Assembly: GCA_963837175.1 (NCBI GenBank)
Contig: CAWIMJ010000050.1
Span: 128,001-192,000, forward strand
Direction: 5' to 3'
Length of the DNA: 64,000 nt
Source: an uncultured Nitrososphaeraceae archaeon
Lineage (GTDB): Archaea; Thermoproteota; Nitrososphaeria; Nitrososphaerales; Nitrososphaeraceae
A program made the position numbers and the translations under genes. The notes beneath the pieces are model-generated. The model was not told the DNA's origin. It made no database searches and saw nothing but the letters and a program-made list of their open reading frames with translations. Position 1 is the stretch's first letter; each line of letters begins with the position of its first letter. Below, one piece after another: positions 45,218 to 55,668 of this stretch.

Positions 45218-46477
45218 TTAGTTGGTGATTCCCATGTCATCAAAAGTTCGAACTCTAATGTCAGTAGACTTTTTAATCTCGCCAGTTCTATGGCCAATTA
45301 TATATTCTATTCCCACTTTATCCGCCGCTTCAACTAATCTCTGTGTAACAATGCCGTCAAGTACCAAGAATTTAGCTCCTTCTGTACTATCAAGTTTCTT
45401 CACGACGTCGGATACTGGTATCTTAAGGAGTGTCTTCAATGAACTATCCAATATGATTGCCTCTAGAGTTTCGTTAATCTGAGGATAAACCTCTTTTACA
45501 ACCGAAAGAATCTCGGGCATATCATTATGTGCATTATCATTAGCAATAGCCTCTATCTGCTGTTGTTGGTCGTCTCTGTCAAATTGAGTCTGTTTCTCAT
45601 GCTTCTGTGATTGTCTATGATTTGATTGTCTTTGAGGAAGTGGTTGTGATTGTTGTCCATTAGTAGATACAAAAGGTATAGCTTCTTTTAATATGTCTGC
45701 GATTTCAAGAGGAGTACACTCTTCAACTTCTCTACCAGAAGGAGCTCTTAGGACTTTATCGATTTGTACAAGTCCTTGCAACTCTTTAAGTATTAAATCG
45801 CCAGCTCTATCTCCATCTAAAAATGCAATAACTTTTTTGCCTTCTGTGAGTCTGGTGACTGTCTCATCTATTTTTGCACCCTCAATAGCAATTGCATTAT
45901 CAAAGCCAGCCCGTAAGAGATTAATAACGTCTGCCCTGCCTTCGACTAGTATTATCCAATCAGAATCGAAAACCCCCGTACCACAAGCAAGCTGAGCTTT
46001 ACCAAAAGCAGTAAGTTTACCTGGTTTGGTCGCATCATAAACATCTTTGAGCATTTCTTCGCCTTCACTGATTGTCTTTGTAGCCCATTCTTGCACAATT
46101 TTTTTGGCACGGTCAACAATGACCTTTTTCTTTATTGCTCGAATATCATCAATACCGACCAATGCAAACTTGGCTTGAAATGGTCCTACTTTGTCGATAC
46201 TTTCAATTGCTGCAGCAATCAGTGCTGCAGTTGAAATATCTGTGCTCATAGGAATTAAAGCATCTCCTTTTGCCATGTTTGGTTTTGTATCTACATTGAC
46301 TTCTATTCTACCAACCTTAGAAACTTTCTGCAATTCGTTTAAATTCATTTCGGGTCCCAAAAGACCTTCTGTCTGTCCAAAAATGGCGCCGATGATATCG
46401 GCCTTTTCAACCAATCCATCAACTTCGAATCTTAATTTAACGTGATACTTGACAATACCTGTGCTAGGCAATTTCAT
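45218..46477 (-). CDS. dnaG: Archaeal DnaG
   Basis: IGAIFGQTEGLLG, VEGRADV, DGDRAGDLI and DGIVTQRL. Confidence 0.96.
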   Translation of the reverse strand: MKLPSTGIVKYHVKLRFEVDGLVEKADIIGAIFGQTEGLLGPEMNLNELQKVSKVGRIEVNVDTKPNMAKGDALIPMSTDISTAALIAAAIESIDKVGPFQAKFALVGIDDIRAIKKKVIVDRAKKIVQEWATKTISEGEEMLKDVYDATKPGKLTAFGKAQLACGTGVFDSDWIILVEGRADVINLLRAGFDNAIAIEGAKIDETVTRLTEGKKVIAFLDGDRAGDLILKELQGLVQIDKVLRAPSGREVEECTPLEIADILKEAIPFVSTNGQQSQPLPQRQSNHRQSQKHEKQTQFDRDDQQQQIEAIANDNAHNDMPEILSVVKEVYPQINETLEAIILDSSLKTLLKIPVSDVVKKLDSTEGAKFLVLDGIVTQRLVEAADKVGIEYIIGHRTGEIKKSTDIRVRTFDDMGITN

Positions 46478-46609
46478 AACCTCATATTTACTATTAAGTA
46501 AAGTTAAAATGGTCTGGCTTGAATATAAGTGCTTTGACGTATCTTCATAGAATTAACTAAATAATAGTGTCTGAGCATTTGCTACTGAACACGTTAATTA
46601 AGTGTAATT

Positions 46610-47047
46610 TCATATGTAAAAGTAAAGGTCTTTTCGTGAGCCAGTAATTCCTGACAGATGAGGTGCATAAGTTATAAGGTCTTCAACATGTCTAACCTTT
46701 CCATTAGTAATTTTTGCCAAGCTTCTTTTGTAGAATAAAGTGACATTGTTTCCTTTACACTGAAGCCGAGTCACTAACTTGCTGGTTAATTGTTTGCCTT
46801 TTTTGTCCATATCAAGGAGAAGAATAATTTTCTTTCTATTTAGATGGTAATTATCAACAAAATCAGTTATACCTCTAAAATGATGGAATACCGTTACATT
46901 ACCATTAAATCCTACACGACTAAGTGCCGCTACATCTCTCTTTCCTTCGACAACTATGACGGAACCATTCTGCGATTCCTCGTTAAGCATGTCAATATAT
47001 TCCCGTAGATGGTCAATTATGTCGCTGTCTATGGAACGATAACCCAT
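46610..47047 (-). CDS. Small TOPRIM-domain protein
   Basis: VVEGKRD and LLDMDKKG motifs. Confidence 0.88.
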   Translation of the reverse strand: MGYRSIDSDIIDHLREYIDMLNEESQNGSVIVVEGKRDVAALSRVGFNGNVTVFHHFRGITDFVDNYHLNRKKIILLLDMDKKGKQLTSKLVTRLQCKGNNVTLFYKRSLAKITNGKVRHVEDLITYAPHLSGITGSRKDLYFYI

Positions 47048-47390
47048 TGTTGAAATAATAAAGATAACAAGATTTAACTATTATTGTTATTTACTTTTCT
47101 AAGCAATATTATATTACATTTGATAATCAAGATGATCAAATGCACAGGATTTAAATAAATATAAACAATGGATAGAATATTTATAATACCGCTGTAATTT
47201 AGTATTTTTGATTAACAATGTTTTAGCTGATATTTTTTAATCATCCTTTAAAGTAGGGGTTCATTATTTTGCAATTTCTGTTGATTTGCTCGAGGATGTA
47301 CTATTTTGACGAAAGCACTTAATTTCTTTTGAGATTAATAGAAGGCGGACGAATTAAACATTTAATTCTAGTTGGATCCAACAAAGAACA

Positions 47391-47739
47391 ATGACATTAT
47401 CTAGCATGATAATGAATATCGGTGGGTCGGAATGGGCCATCATAATAATTTTAGGTCTTATTTTAGTATTTGGACCTAAGAAATTACCTGAACTCTCCAG
47501 AACTTTCGGAAAAGCATCAGGGGAATTTGAAAAAGCTAAAGAATTATTCAGACTAGAGCAGGAAAATATGAAAAAACATGCTAATCAGAACGAGTATTTT
47601 ATGGGGCCAAAAATCTTAGGACCAGTTACGTCTCAACGAGAAAAGCTCGAGGAAATAGCTGAGATCACTTGATATAGAATATATAGGCAAGACTGATGAT
47701 GAGTTACGTTTTCAGATTACAGAAAAAATACATAGCTAA
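47391..47739 (+). CDS. tatA: Twin-arginine translocase TatA/E subunit, one +1 frameshift at ~47661
   Basis: GSEW..I..LVFGPKKLPEL.R..GK..GEF; shifted-frame tail IARSLDIEYIGKTDDELR... Confidence 0.88.
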
Positions 47740-47886
47740 GTAGTTGTAGAAATTGTATTAAATATATGAAAAGAGCATTTAGTTGATATTTTGAAATTAG
47801 TTACTCCATCTCCTCATTTTAATCTGTTTGTAGTCATTTTCACTAGATATAACACTTAAATATATCACAATTTCCAACCCATTGTA

Positions 47887-49152
47887 ATGTCTACTACTAC
47901 TCCTGCACTAATAAATCCATTTGAGACAGCTTTGAAACAGCTTGCCGAAGCTGCTAAGCTAATTAACCTAGATAGCGGTATGCATGAGGTTATAGCACAT
48001 CCAAAAAGGGTTCTTACTGTTGCTATTCCTACTAAAATGGATAATGGAGAGATCAAAGTCTTTACTGGGTTTAGATCCCAACATAATGATGCTCGTGGAC
48101 CTTTCAAAGGAGGTATCCGATATCATCCCCAAGTGAGTATTGATGAAGTCAAGGCACTTTCGATGTGGATGACTTGGAAATGTGCGATAGCAGATCTCCC
48201 GTATGGAGGAGGTAAGGGAGGTATCATCTGCAATCCAAAGGAGATGTCCGAAGGCGAGCTTGAGCGTATGACGAGACGTTATGCTTATGGAATTTCTGAT
48301 ATTATTGGACCGCATGTAGATATTCCTGCTCCTGATGTTTACACTGGTGGCAAAGAAATGGCTTGGATTATGGATACCTATTCGGCGCTTAAGGGAAATT
48401 TTGTCCAACCAGAAGTTATTACAGGTAAGCCTCTTGCAATTGGTGGTTCTCTTGGCAGGAATGAGGCAACCGGTCGTGGCTTATCTTTTACTATACGAGA
48501 GGCGGCCAAAAAACTACAAATTGATATGAAAACGGCTACAGTAGTTGTACAGGGATTCGGTAATGCAGGTCAGTTTGCTGCTCAGCTTTTGGAAGAGCAA
48601 GGTGCAAAAATTATAGGTGTGTCGGATTCGCAGGGAGGAGTTTATAATAAAAATGGTATCCAAGTAGGGAGTTTGAGGAGACATAAAGAAAAAAAGAATT
48701 CGGTCGTAGGTTTCGCTGGGACCAAATCCATCAGCAATGAAGATTTGCTAGAACAAGAATGTACTATATTGATACCAGCAGCTCTCGAAAGTCAAATTAC
48801 CAAGAAGAATGCGGGAAAAATTAATCCAAAAATAATTGCAGAAGCAGCTAATGGTCCTACTACGATTGAGGCTGATGACATTTTATACCAACATAATATA
48901 TTAGTAATTCCAGATATCCTCGCCAACGGAGGAGGTGTTACAGTTTCCTATTTTGAATGGTTACAGAACCTAAGGAGAGAATATTGGTCTGAGAATGAAG
49001 TAAATGAAAGGCTTGATATAAACATTACAAAGGCGTTCAATGATGTTTATGATGTATATGAGAAATATAAGGTCAATATGCGGAAGGCAAGTACACTATT
49101 AGCTGTAAATAGAGTTGTCGAAGCGACAAAAATTAGAGGATTATGGCCTTAG
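47887..49152 (+). CDS. gdhA: Glutamate dehydrogenase
   Basis: GPFKGGIRY, GGGKGG, PAPDV, GRNEATG, QGFGNAG and VSYFEW. Confidence 0.97.
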   Translation: MSTTTPALINPFETALKQLAEAAKLINLDSGMHEVIAHPKRVLTVAIPTKMDNGEIKVFTGFRSQHNDARGPFKGGIRYHPQVSIDEVKALSMWMTWKCAIADLPYGGGKGGIICNPKEMSEGELERMTRRYAYGISDIIGPHVDIPAPDVYTGGKEMAWIMDTYSALKGNFVQPEVITGKPLAIGGSLGRNEATGRGLSFTIREAAKKLQIDMKTATVVVQGFGNAGQFAAQLLEEQGAKIIGVSDSQGGVYNKNGIQVGSLRRHKEKKNSVVGFAGTKSISNEDLLEQECTILIPAALESQITKKNAGKINPKIIAEAANGPTTIEADDILYQHNILVIPDILANGGGVTVSYFEWLQNLRREYWSENEVNERLDINITKAFNDVYDVYEKYKVNMRKASTLLAVNRVVEATKIRGLWP

Positions 49153-49244
49153 TTATCACTATCTAAGTTAAATAACAGAGAGAGAGAAAAGGATTGATGC
49201 TACATAAGGAAGTAAAGGACAATAGTCGATAATCCTTGGCTGGC

Positions 49245-49595
49245 TTATTCAGTAGAGAATGAATGTCCACAAGAACAGCTTTTGGTGACATTAGGATTAT
49301 TGATCTTGAAACCAGAACCCATCAAACTGTCGATATAATCAATATTTGCGCCTTTTAGATAGTTTTGGCTATAGCTATCAATCAATACTTTGACTCCATT
49401 TTGTTCAAGTACTTTATCGTCCTCGTCTGCCTTTTCTTCAAAACCCATACCATAAGACAAACCAGAGCAGCCACCTCCAGATACATAAACTCTAAGAAGC
49501 AAATTATCCTTGCCTTCTTGTTTCATGAATTCAACAACTTTCTCTGCTGCCTTTGATGTAATGGTTACGATTTGACTTTGTTGTGTAGTTTCCAT
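49245..49595 (-). CDS. A-type Fe-S carrier (HesB/IscA/ErpA family)
   Basis: GGGCSG and CSCGHSF motifs. Confidence 0.95.
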   Translation of the reverse strand: METTQQSQIVTITSKAAEKVVEFMKQEGKDNLLLRVYVSGGGCSGLSYGMGFEEKADEDDKVLEQNGVKVLIDSYSQNYLKGANIDYIDSLMGSGFKINNPNVTKSCSCGHSFSTE

Positions 49596-49692
49596 TGCTA
49601 TATCTACATTTCACAAAAAAGCATAATAAGTTTTTCCCCCAAAAAATACGCAGGAACATAAATATAATAATGAATTTCTAATGCCAAGTTGC

Positions 49693-51815
49693 TTATAATT
49701 GACCTCTAACCGTTGACCATTTTGCTAGACTTCCTGCCGCTGTAATCCAGCTAGTTACAGAGTGGTAGGCAGGGACATTAGAATCTTCTATTTGCTTGGA
49801 TATCTTGTGAGTGAACGGACCTCCCATGGCTCCCACTAGTATAGGTTTTCTCTTTTGCTTTTGGAATGTTGCGAGAACATCAACTATGCTTTCTTCTAGA
49901 GGGTCATCCTGGAATACAAACCAGGGCATAATGATATCGACGTTCTCATCATCCATGAAGGCCTGAATAGCAAATTTATAATCATCAGAATTTGCGGAAC
50001 CTGTAATATCACATGGATTACCAATTACATATGTTGTAGGATAATGCTCTTTAAAGGAGTTTAATGTTTGATCACTGAGTTGTGCAAGTCTGCAATCCGA
50101 GTCTTTCGAACTGGTCAATAGCTCGCTATTATCGGACCAGCACCATTTGTTACCATTGCTACTTTATTACCCTTCGGAATAGGCTGCCATGTTAGAGCTT
50201 TAAGAGAACCAGTAAGTTCTTCATAACTATCCACAGAAATGATTCCCACTTGGTCAAAAGAACCCTTAACAATATTATAAGAACCACCGAGTGAACCCGT
50301 ATGTGAAGCTGCCTGTTTAGCTCCCCTATCCGTCCTACCGTTCTTGAATACTACAATGGGTTTGTTCTTTTCTCTGATTACATTCTTTGCAGTATTAATG
50401 AACTTACGACCATCCCCAAGTCCCTCGACGTACAATCCTATCACTTTTGTTTGAGGATCCTCTGAAAGATACCAGATCATATCCGCTTCATCAACATCGG
50501 ATCTATTTCCATAAGAGATCATCTTGCTCATTCCAAATGCATCAGAAGTTTCCATGAAAGCAATACCTACAGTTCCGCTCTGCGAAAGGAAAGCGACTTC
50601 ACCGTTCCTTGGTCTTAGCATTCTGTGATGGCCTTGGAACGCACAGTCCAATCGATTTTCACCATTAAATATACCTATACAGTTAGGTCCAATAATCCTA
50701 ATCTTTAATTGATTTGATAATTCTTTTATTTGCTGTTCAATATCCGCGCGTTCTCCGCCTAGTTCTTTTCCTCCTCCCGAAATGATGACCATGTTATGAA
50801 TCCCTTTTTTTCCGGAACTCTTAAGAAGATCTGGAACGTATTTGAGATCAACTGTAACAATAACAATATCTATTGGTTCGTTAATCTCATCTAGGCTTTT
50901 ATACGCTTTGATGCCCATTATTTCTGGATATCCTTTAGCATTTACCGGAAATACCTTTCCTTTATAATCATGTTTTACCAAGCTTTCTAATACAGAGTTT
51001 CCCACCTTCCCTATTTCTGGAGAAGCCCCAATTAATGCTACAGATCGCGCATTGAAGAATAGATCCATATGACTTGAATCGGGAAGCGATTTTGAAATTG
51101 CTTCAGGGTTTGGCTTTTCTCTTAGGATCATCTTTGCGTCAACCACATAATAGTCGTTAGGATATACTATGACTGGATTAAAATCAATGCTTTCATAATA
51201 GGCTGCCATATCTGTGCCAAGCCTGCCGATCTTTACAAGTGCATTACTTAGCATTTCTATGTCTATCGGTTCAGCTCCTCTGAAACCCTTCAATATTTGC
51301 TTTCCTCTCAAATCTTCAATCATAGAAGTAGCTTCAGCATTTGTAATAGGAAGAATCCTAAAAACTACATCTTTGAAAATTTCTGTGTAAATGCCACCTA
51401 GACCTACCATGATAACGGGTCCAAATTGAGAATCATTCTGCAAGCCTACAATCAGTTCAATACCCTGTGTAACCATTCTTTCAAGGAGTACACCTTTAAC
51501 TTTGTACTGCTTGGACAGTCTGGTGTATAAATCCTCGAAAGTTTGACGAACCTCTGCTTCTGACTTCAGGCCAACTCGAATTCCACCTACGTCAGTTTTG
51601 TGCAAAATTTGGGGAGAAACTATTTTTGCCACCAAGGGATATCCTAGTTCTTTTGCCTTGTTAACCGCTTCATCTGCATTAGCGACTAAGGCGTATCTGG
51701 GCACCCTTATTTCATATTCAGACAAAATCTCTTTGGCTGATTCTTCTGTTATTACTTTATCTTTACTTGAAATAATGTCGTCAAAAATCCTTTGAACCTT
51801 GGTCTTATCATACAT
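49693..51815 (-). CDS. ADP-forming acyl-CoA ligase with beta-alpha domain order, most likely 3-hydroxypropionate--CoA ligase of the 3HP/4HB cycle; two +1 frameshifts (~50124, ~50089)
   Basis: N-terminal ATP-grasp ([18 protein letters not shown]), then CoA-binding region, GPNC, SQSG, ASHTGS and NPCD; repaired 706 aa; domain order matches my recollection of the thaumarchaeal enzyme. Confidence 0.85.
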
Positions 51816-52445
51816 TCAATTGTCTACAGGAAATACTTTTCAGCTTCTAATTAACTTTGCGCGGCTATAAATATAGTAGAGAAAATTTTTCTCAATAAGT
51901 AAAAAAAGGATAATATTTGTTTTATCTGTATTAATTTCAAACACTTATTATCTGTTATGTATATTTTTTGACCTATCGCGGCATTTGCTATTTTTGTTCT
52001 TGTTGTTGGCATACCACTTCCTTTATCCTATGAGTAATTTTGTTCTTGTGCAGATGTGTGATAGCGGAAATACTTCCATTCTGTTCATTAGGAGGTTGCC
52101 TAGTATCAAGATTTAATTTTTTATGTACAGATTTATTTCTAACGATAAACAAGACGATTAAATTTTTATTCTTCATTGTACATCAAAATATGAAAATTCG
52201 TTAAACAAATAATACCTACTTATAGATAGTATTTTCATAGCTTCATTTTAATTGCAAAAGCTGATTAGTTGTTATTATGTTATTATTAAAGTGTTAATTA
52301 ATTTATTATAATGGGTATATTTGATCCTTCTATCTATACAGTGATATTCCCTTACTTATTTATAGCAAGTTTTCCCATCTTTGGGATAATATTGGTGACT
52401 AAATGGATATTTAGTGACAGAAAGAAGAAAGAACGTGATATGCAA

Positions 52446-53387
52446 TTAAGGAACAAGGCTCATGTAAATTAGAGTTCGCCAAGATCTTTTTTCAAATACT
52501 TGAGGATTGTGTCCTTTAACATTGACTTTTTTAGAAGCTCGTTTTGTCAAGTACAATGTGAAGGCACCTAGAGCTGTCCAGAATCGTCTATCTGGATTCA
52601 TAGTATATGAATCCAAAGCCCTCTTAGCAGCCCAATGAGCTTTGGGATGATGTTTCATAGTGTAGCCTAAGATCAGCTCTTTAGAGCTGGACAGGATATA
52701 ATGTGCATGTTGATAGACTTCTTCTTTTGAGGTATAATTTGCTTTGACGATTTTTAATTTGCCTCGTTTCATGGATTGCAAAATAGCATCGAGATCTTTC
52801 TCTGATTCCACTGCGTTTATACATCTTCCGATAGTCTGAACAATATGTGAATCACTTCCTGCTATCGATGGTATCTTCTTATGTTTGGCAAATCTCTCTG
52901 CAACAATGTTAGAAAAATGATCTATGTTGTTACTGTTAAAGGATTCAATAAGATCACAAAGTGATGCCATTTCGCGAATACCGTTGGTTACTGCGAAGGG
53001 ATGAGCAGCGCAGGAAACTGCACCTTGTCGTTTGATTTCATCTAATGTCTCTTCGAGAGTCATTCCAGCTTTTACTTCTTTGGTTAGCCCGTATGCTAAA
53101 ACATGTCCTTGATTATCTATTGTAATCTCTTCTGCTGGGTAAATAAGAATATTTTTAAACTTTTCATGGTTTTGCTGATATTCAAGTATCTGAGAATAGC
53201 CATCGAGCGTATTATGATTAGTAACAAAAAGAACTTCTATGCCTTTCTTCAAAGCTATATCTAATTGCTCTTCTATACTCACACCGCAGTCATAGGGGAC
53301 ACGTGCAGATCCATTACGATAATTGGAATACGTATTATGACAATGTAGCTCAATTTTTAGGAATTCAGTCGTGTCTTTGTACCCTAT
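52446..53387 (-). CDS. PHP-family phosphoesterase; start probably upstream of the called GTG
   Basis: In-frame upstream ELHCHN motif, then TNHN, AHPF and GSDSH. Confidence 0.85.
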   Translation of the reverse strand: MGYKDTTEFLKIELHCHNTYSNYRNGSARVPYDCGVSIEEQLDIALKKGIEVLFVTNHNTLDGYSQILEYQQNHEKFKNILIYPAEEITIDNQGHVLAYGLTKEVKAGMTLEETLDEIKRQGAVSCAAHPFAVTNGIREMASLCDLIESFNSNNIDHFSNIVAERFAKHKKIPSIAGSDSHIVQTIGRCINAVESEKDLDAILQSMKRGKLKIVKANYTSKEEVYQHAHYILSSSKELILGYTMKHHPKAHWAAKRALDSYTMNPDRRFWTALGAFTLYLTKRASKKVNVKGHNPQVFEKRSWRTLIYMSLVP

Positions 53388-53582
53388 CCGAGTTATAGAT
53401 TAACCAAATATATACTATATTAAGTGAATTGACCTATATAACTGACGATTTGGAAGATTTAGTATGACTAATCGATTATTTTATATCGACGAATGACGGT
53501 TTCCAGAATTATATTTATTGATACATATTTAATAGAATGAACAACAAATTTGTGTATTGTTTATAACTTATATTCATATCCT

Positions 53583-53813
53583 TTAGTAGGAATGATTTTC
53601 AACTTTATGTAAATGTAGGTTTTTCCATGCACTAAATGTCTTACCGCACTTTTCACAAGCATACTGTAGTTTCCTATTGTACTCTGATTTATCTGCAAGC
53701 ATGGATTTATTTTTCTGATTTGAGTATTGGTTTGTAATTCTATGGTATCCAGTCTTCAAGTTGTATCGTACCAGTCGTTTTGGAATTCTAACCAATTGAT
53801 TCTCGCTAAACAT
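53583..53813 (-). CDS. Small C2H2 zinc-finger protein
   Basis: YACEKCGKTFSAWKNLHLHKVENHSY; start uncertain (possibly ATG 53702). Confidence 0.75.
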   Translation of the reverse strand: MFSENQLVRIPKRLVRYNLKTGYHRITNQYSNQKNKSMLADKSEYNRKLQYACEKCGKTFSAWKNLHLHKVENHSY

Positions 53814-53928
53814 ATATCTATATAAGGACGTTTGGTATATAAGATAATTTAATAATTGTTTTCATAGACACGTAGAATCCAGTTGAGCAGTTTGATATTG
53901 ATATTGATATTGGTTATGTATCAAAATC

Positions 53929-54630
53929 TTATTTATGAGCAGATACAATGATGGCACCCCCCATCATTGCTTTATCAAACTCCACTCTCGAAAACTTTTC
54001 GCATAAAAGAGCAAATAATTCAGAGTTACGTGGCCATCGAACATAAGTACCGTAGAGTGTCTTAAATCTTAATCCTGATTTTCCTGCAGCAGCAAAAGCG
54101 AGTACCTTAAGAATATACTTTAGATAAAAAGAAACACCTGCTCTTATAATCAGGTTGTCAGGCTTTCCTATATCAACTATAATTATACGACCCTCTAACT
54201 TTAAAACCCTGTATGCTTCTGCAATCGCTTGCTTTAATTCAATTGAATCCCTTAATGAATAACCATACATTACTACATCGAATACCTCGTTTTGGAAAGG
54301 CAGATATTCAAAAACCCCCGAGGAAGCGTATTGTGGTATGTTATGACTAAAAAAATTTCTTGCCTTTGTCAACATATCAAGGATGGGATCATACATGATA
54401 ACTTTACTGCTGTCCCTTACTTCGTTTAATGCAAGCTTAGTCATATTTCCAAAACCAGAACCAGCATCTAATATCGTCTCTCCTGGAAAAATATGACCCT
54501 TTATCGCTCTTAGACGAAAATCATTGTCTCTACCAAATGAGATTGCCCTGTTAACTTTGTCGTAGTCATGAATTATCATGCGCAATACTTCTATTACTTC
54601 CCTCCAATAAGCAGGACCTAGACCTGACAA
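53929..54630 (-). CDS. UbiE/MenG-like class I SAM-dependent methyltransferase
   Basis: YDKVNRAISFG, LDAGSGFG, LPF..FD and YRVLK.GR. Confidence 0.88.
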   Translation of the reverse strand: MSGLGPAYWREVIEVLRMIIHDYDKVNRAISFGRDNDFRLRAIKGHIFPGETILDAGSGFGNMTKLALNEVRDSSKVIMYDPILDMLTKARNFFSHNIPQYASSGVFEYLPFQNEVFDVVMYGYSLRDSIELKQAIAEAYRVLKLEGRIIIVDIGKPDNLIIRAGVSFYLKYILKVLAFAAAGKSGLRFKTLYGTYVRWPRNSELFALLCEKFSRVEFDKAMMGGAIIVSAHK

Positions 54631-54986
54631 CTTTGAATGTTTTAATTATCAATTTTCGATCTTATTATCAGTTATTATTAGAATGGATGTCACCGAGTCT
54701 GTTCAATATAATTTATAAGTATGAAATTTTCTCGTTTAAAATTAGTAAGGAATAAGAATAAACCCAACCAGTAATATAAGTTGAAATAAAAATTATTCTT
54801 TAGTAATTAAAAGTATGATTTAGAGTAAGTTTATCACCACAACAGAATTTCACCATTTAACTATTCATTATTATCATGCTCACCCAGTCCAAAAGTACCA
54901 ACGTAAATATGGTGACATTTAAAGCCTTTAGATGGTAAAAAATGGCATATAAGACCAAAGTTTATATCCAGCTACGCTAAATATAC

Positions 54987-55460
54987 ATGTTTAAGATGGT
55001 AGATTTTAAGTCGAAAGACATTGATGCCTCAGTGAGGGTCACAGAAGAACAGAATATTTATGATGCTTTAAAAGAAAACTTTATTAGAACAGTGGATGAA
55101 TGGGCAAAAATTCAACCACAATATTCACAATCAATTTCGAATTTGCAATTAGACTTTATTCAGACAGTAAAGAACACCATCCGGAACGCTATTTCTTCAC
55201 AAAAACTGATAACAGGAGGCTGGAATTTGCCCATGTCTGAGACATATCTAGATCATTTCGCAAAACAGTCAAACGACATCACGAACAACATGATAAGAAC
55301 GGCCGTCATCAACAACCAACTGACAATCACTGCTTTTGATGCAGCAAGAGAAAACTTGAAAATATACAATAGAACAATTGACACGGTTATGGATTTTAAT
55401 AACGACATAGTAAAAACCTGGAATTCGTTTTTCTCTACCCAGCATAACTATTTCAAATGA
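54987..55460 (+). CDS. All-helical hypothetical protein, phasin-like
   Basis: Amphipathic helical pattern, Gln/Asn/Thr-rich, no Cys; function inferred only. Confidence 0.6.
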   Translation: MFKMVDFKSKDIDASVRVTEEQNIYDALKENFIRTVDEWAKIQPQYSQSISNLQLDFIQTVKNTIRNAISSQKLITGGWNLPMSETYLDHFAKQSNDITNNMIRTAVINNQLTITAFDAARENLKIYNRTIDTVMDFNNDIVKTWNSFFSTQHNYFK

Positions 55461-55668
55461 TGTATAATTTTTAGATCGTGTACGTTTAAGGTTTAGCTAT
55501 TACTATTATCATTCTGACTATTCTTTATCACAAGATACAAATAAGAATATTAGACAAGGTGTCTTGTTATTCAGTGTCTATCTATGTTAACCTCATTTAG
55601 AATTATTTCCAAAAATTGATAAATAACTAAGTGTGAGTACTATATAGTGTCAAGCTTAGAATGAATAT

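Noticed and set aside
6512-50130. Programmed frameshifting or true pseudogenisation of cysS, tfb, pitA, CDF, tatA and the CoA ligase
   Set aside because: No slippery heptamers or shared stimulatory structures, the genes are unrelated and otherwise intact, and each lesion is a single extra base; sequencing error is more parsimonious
31733-53912. Short tandem repeats TTGAATA x3 (~31733), CAGTGTTGG x2 (~39964) and TTGATA x3 (~53892)
   Set aside because: Too short, no spacers, expected from slippage in AT-rich DNA; not CRISPR or iterons
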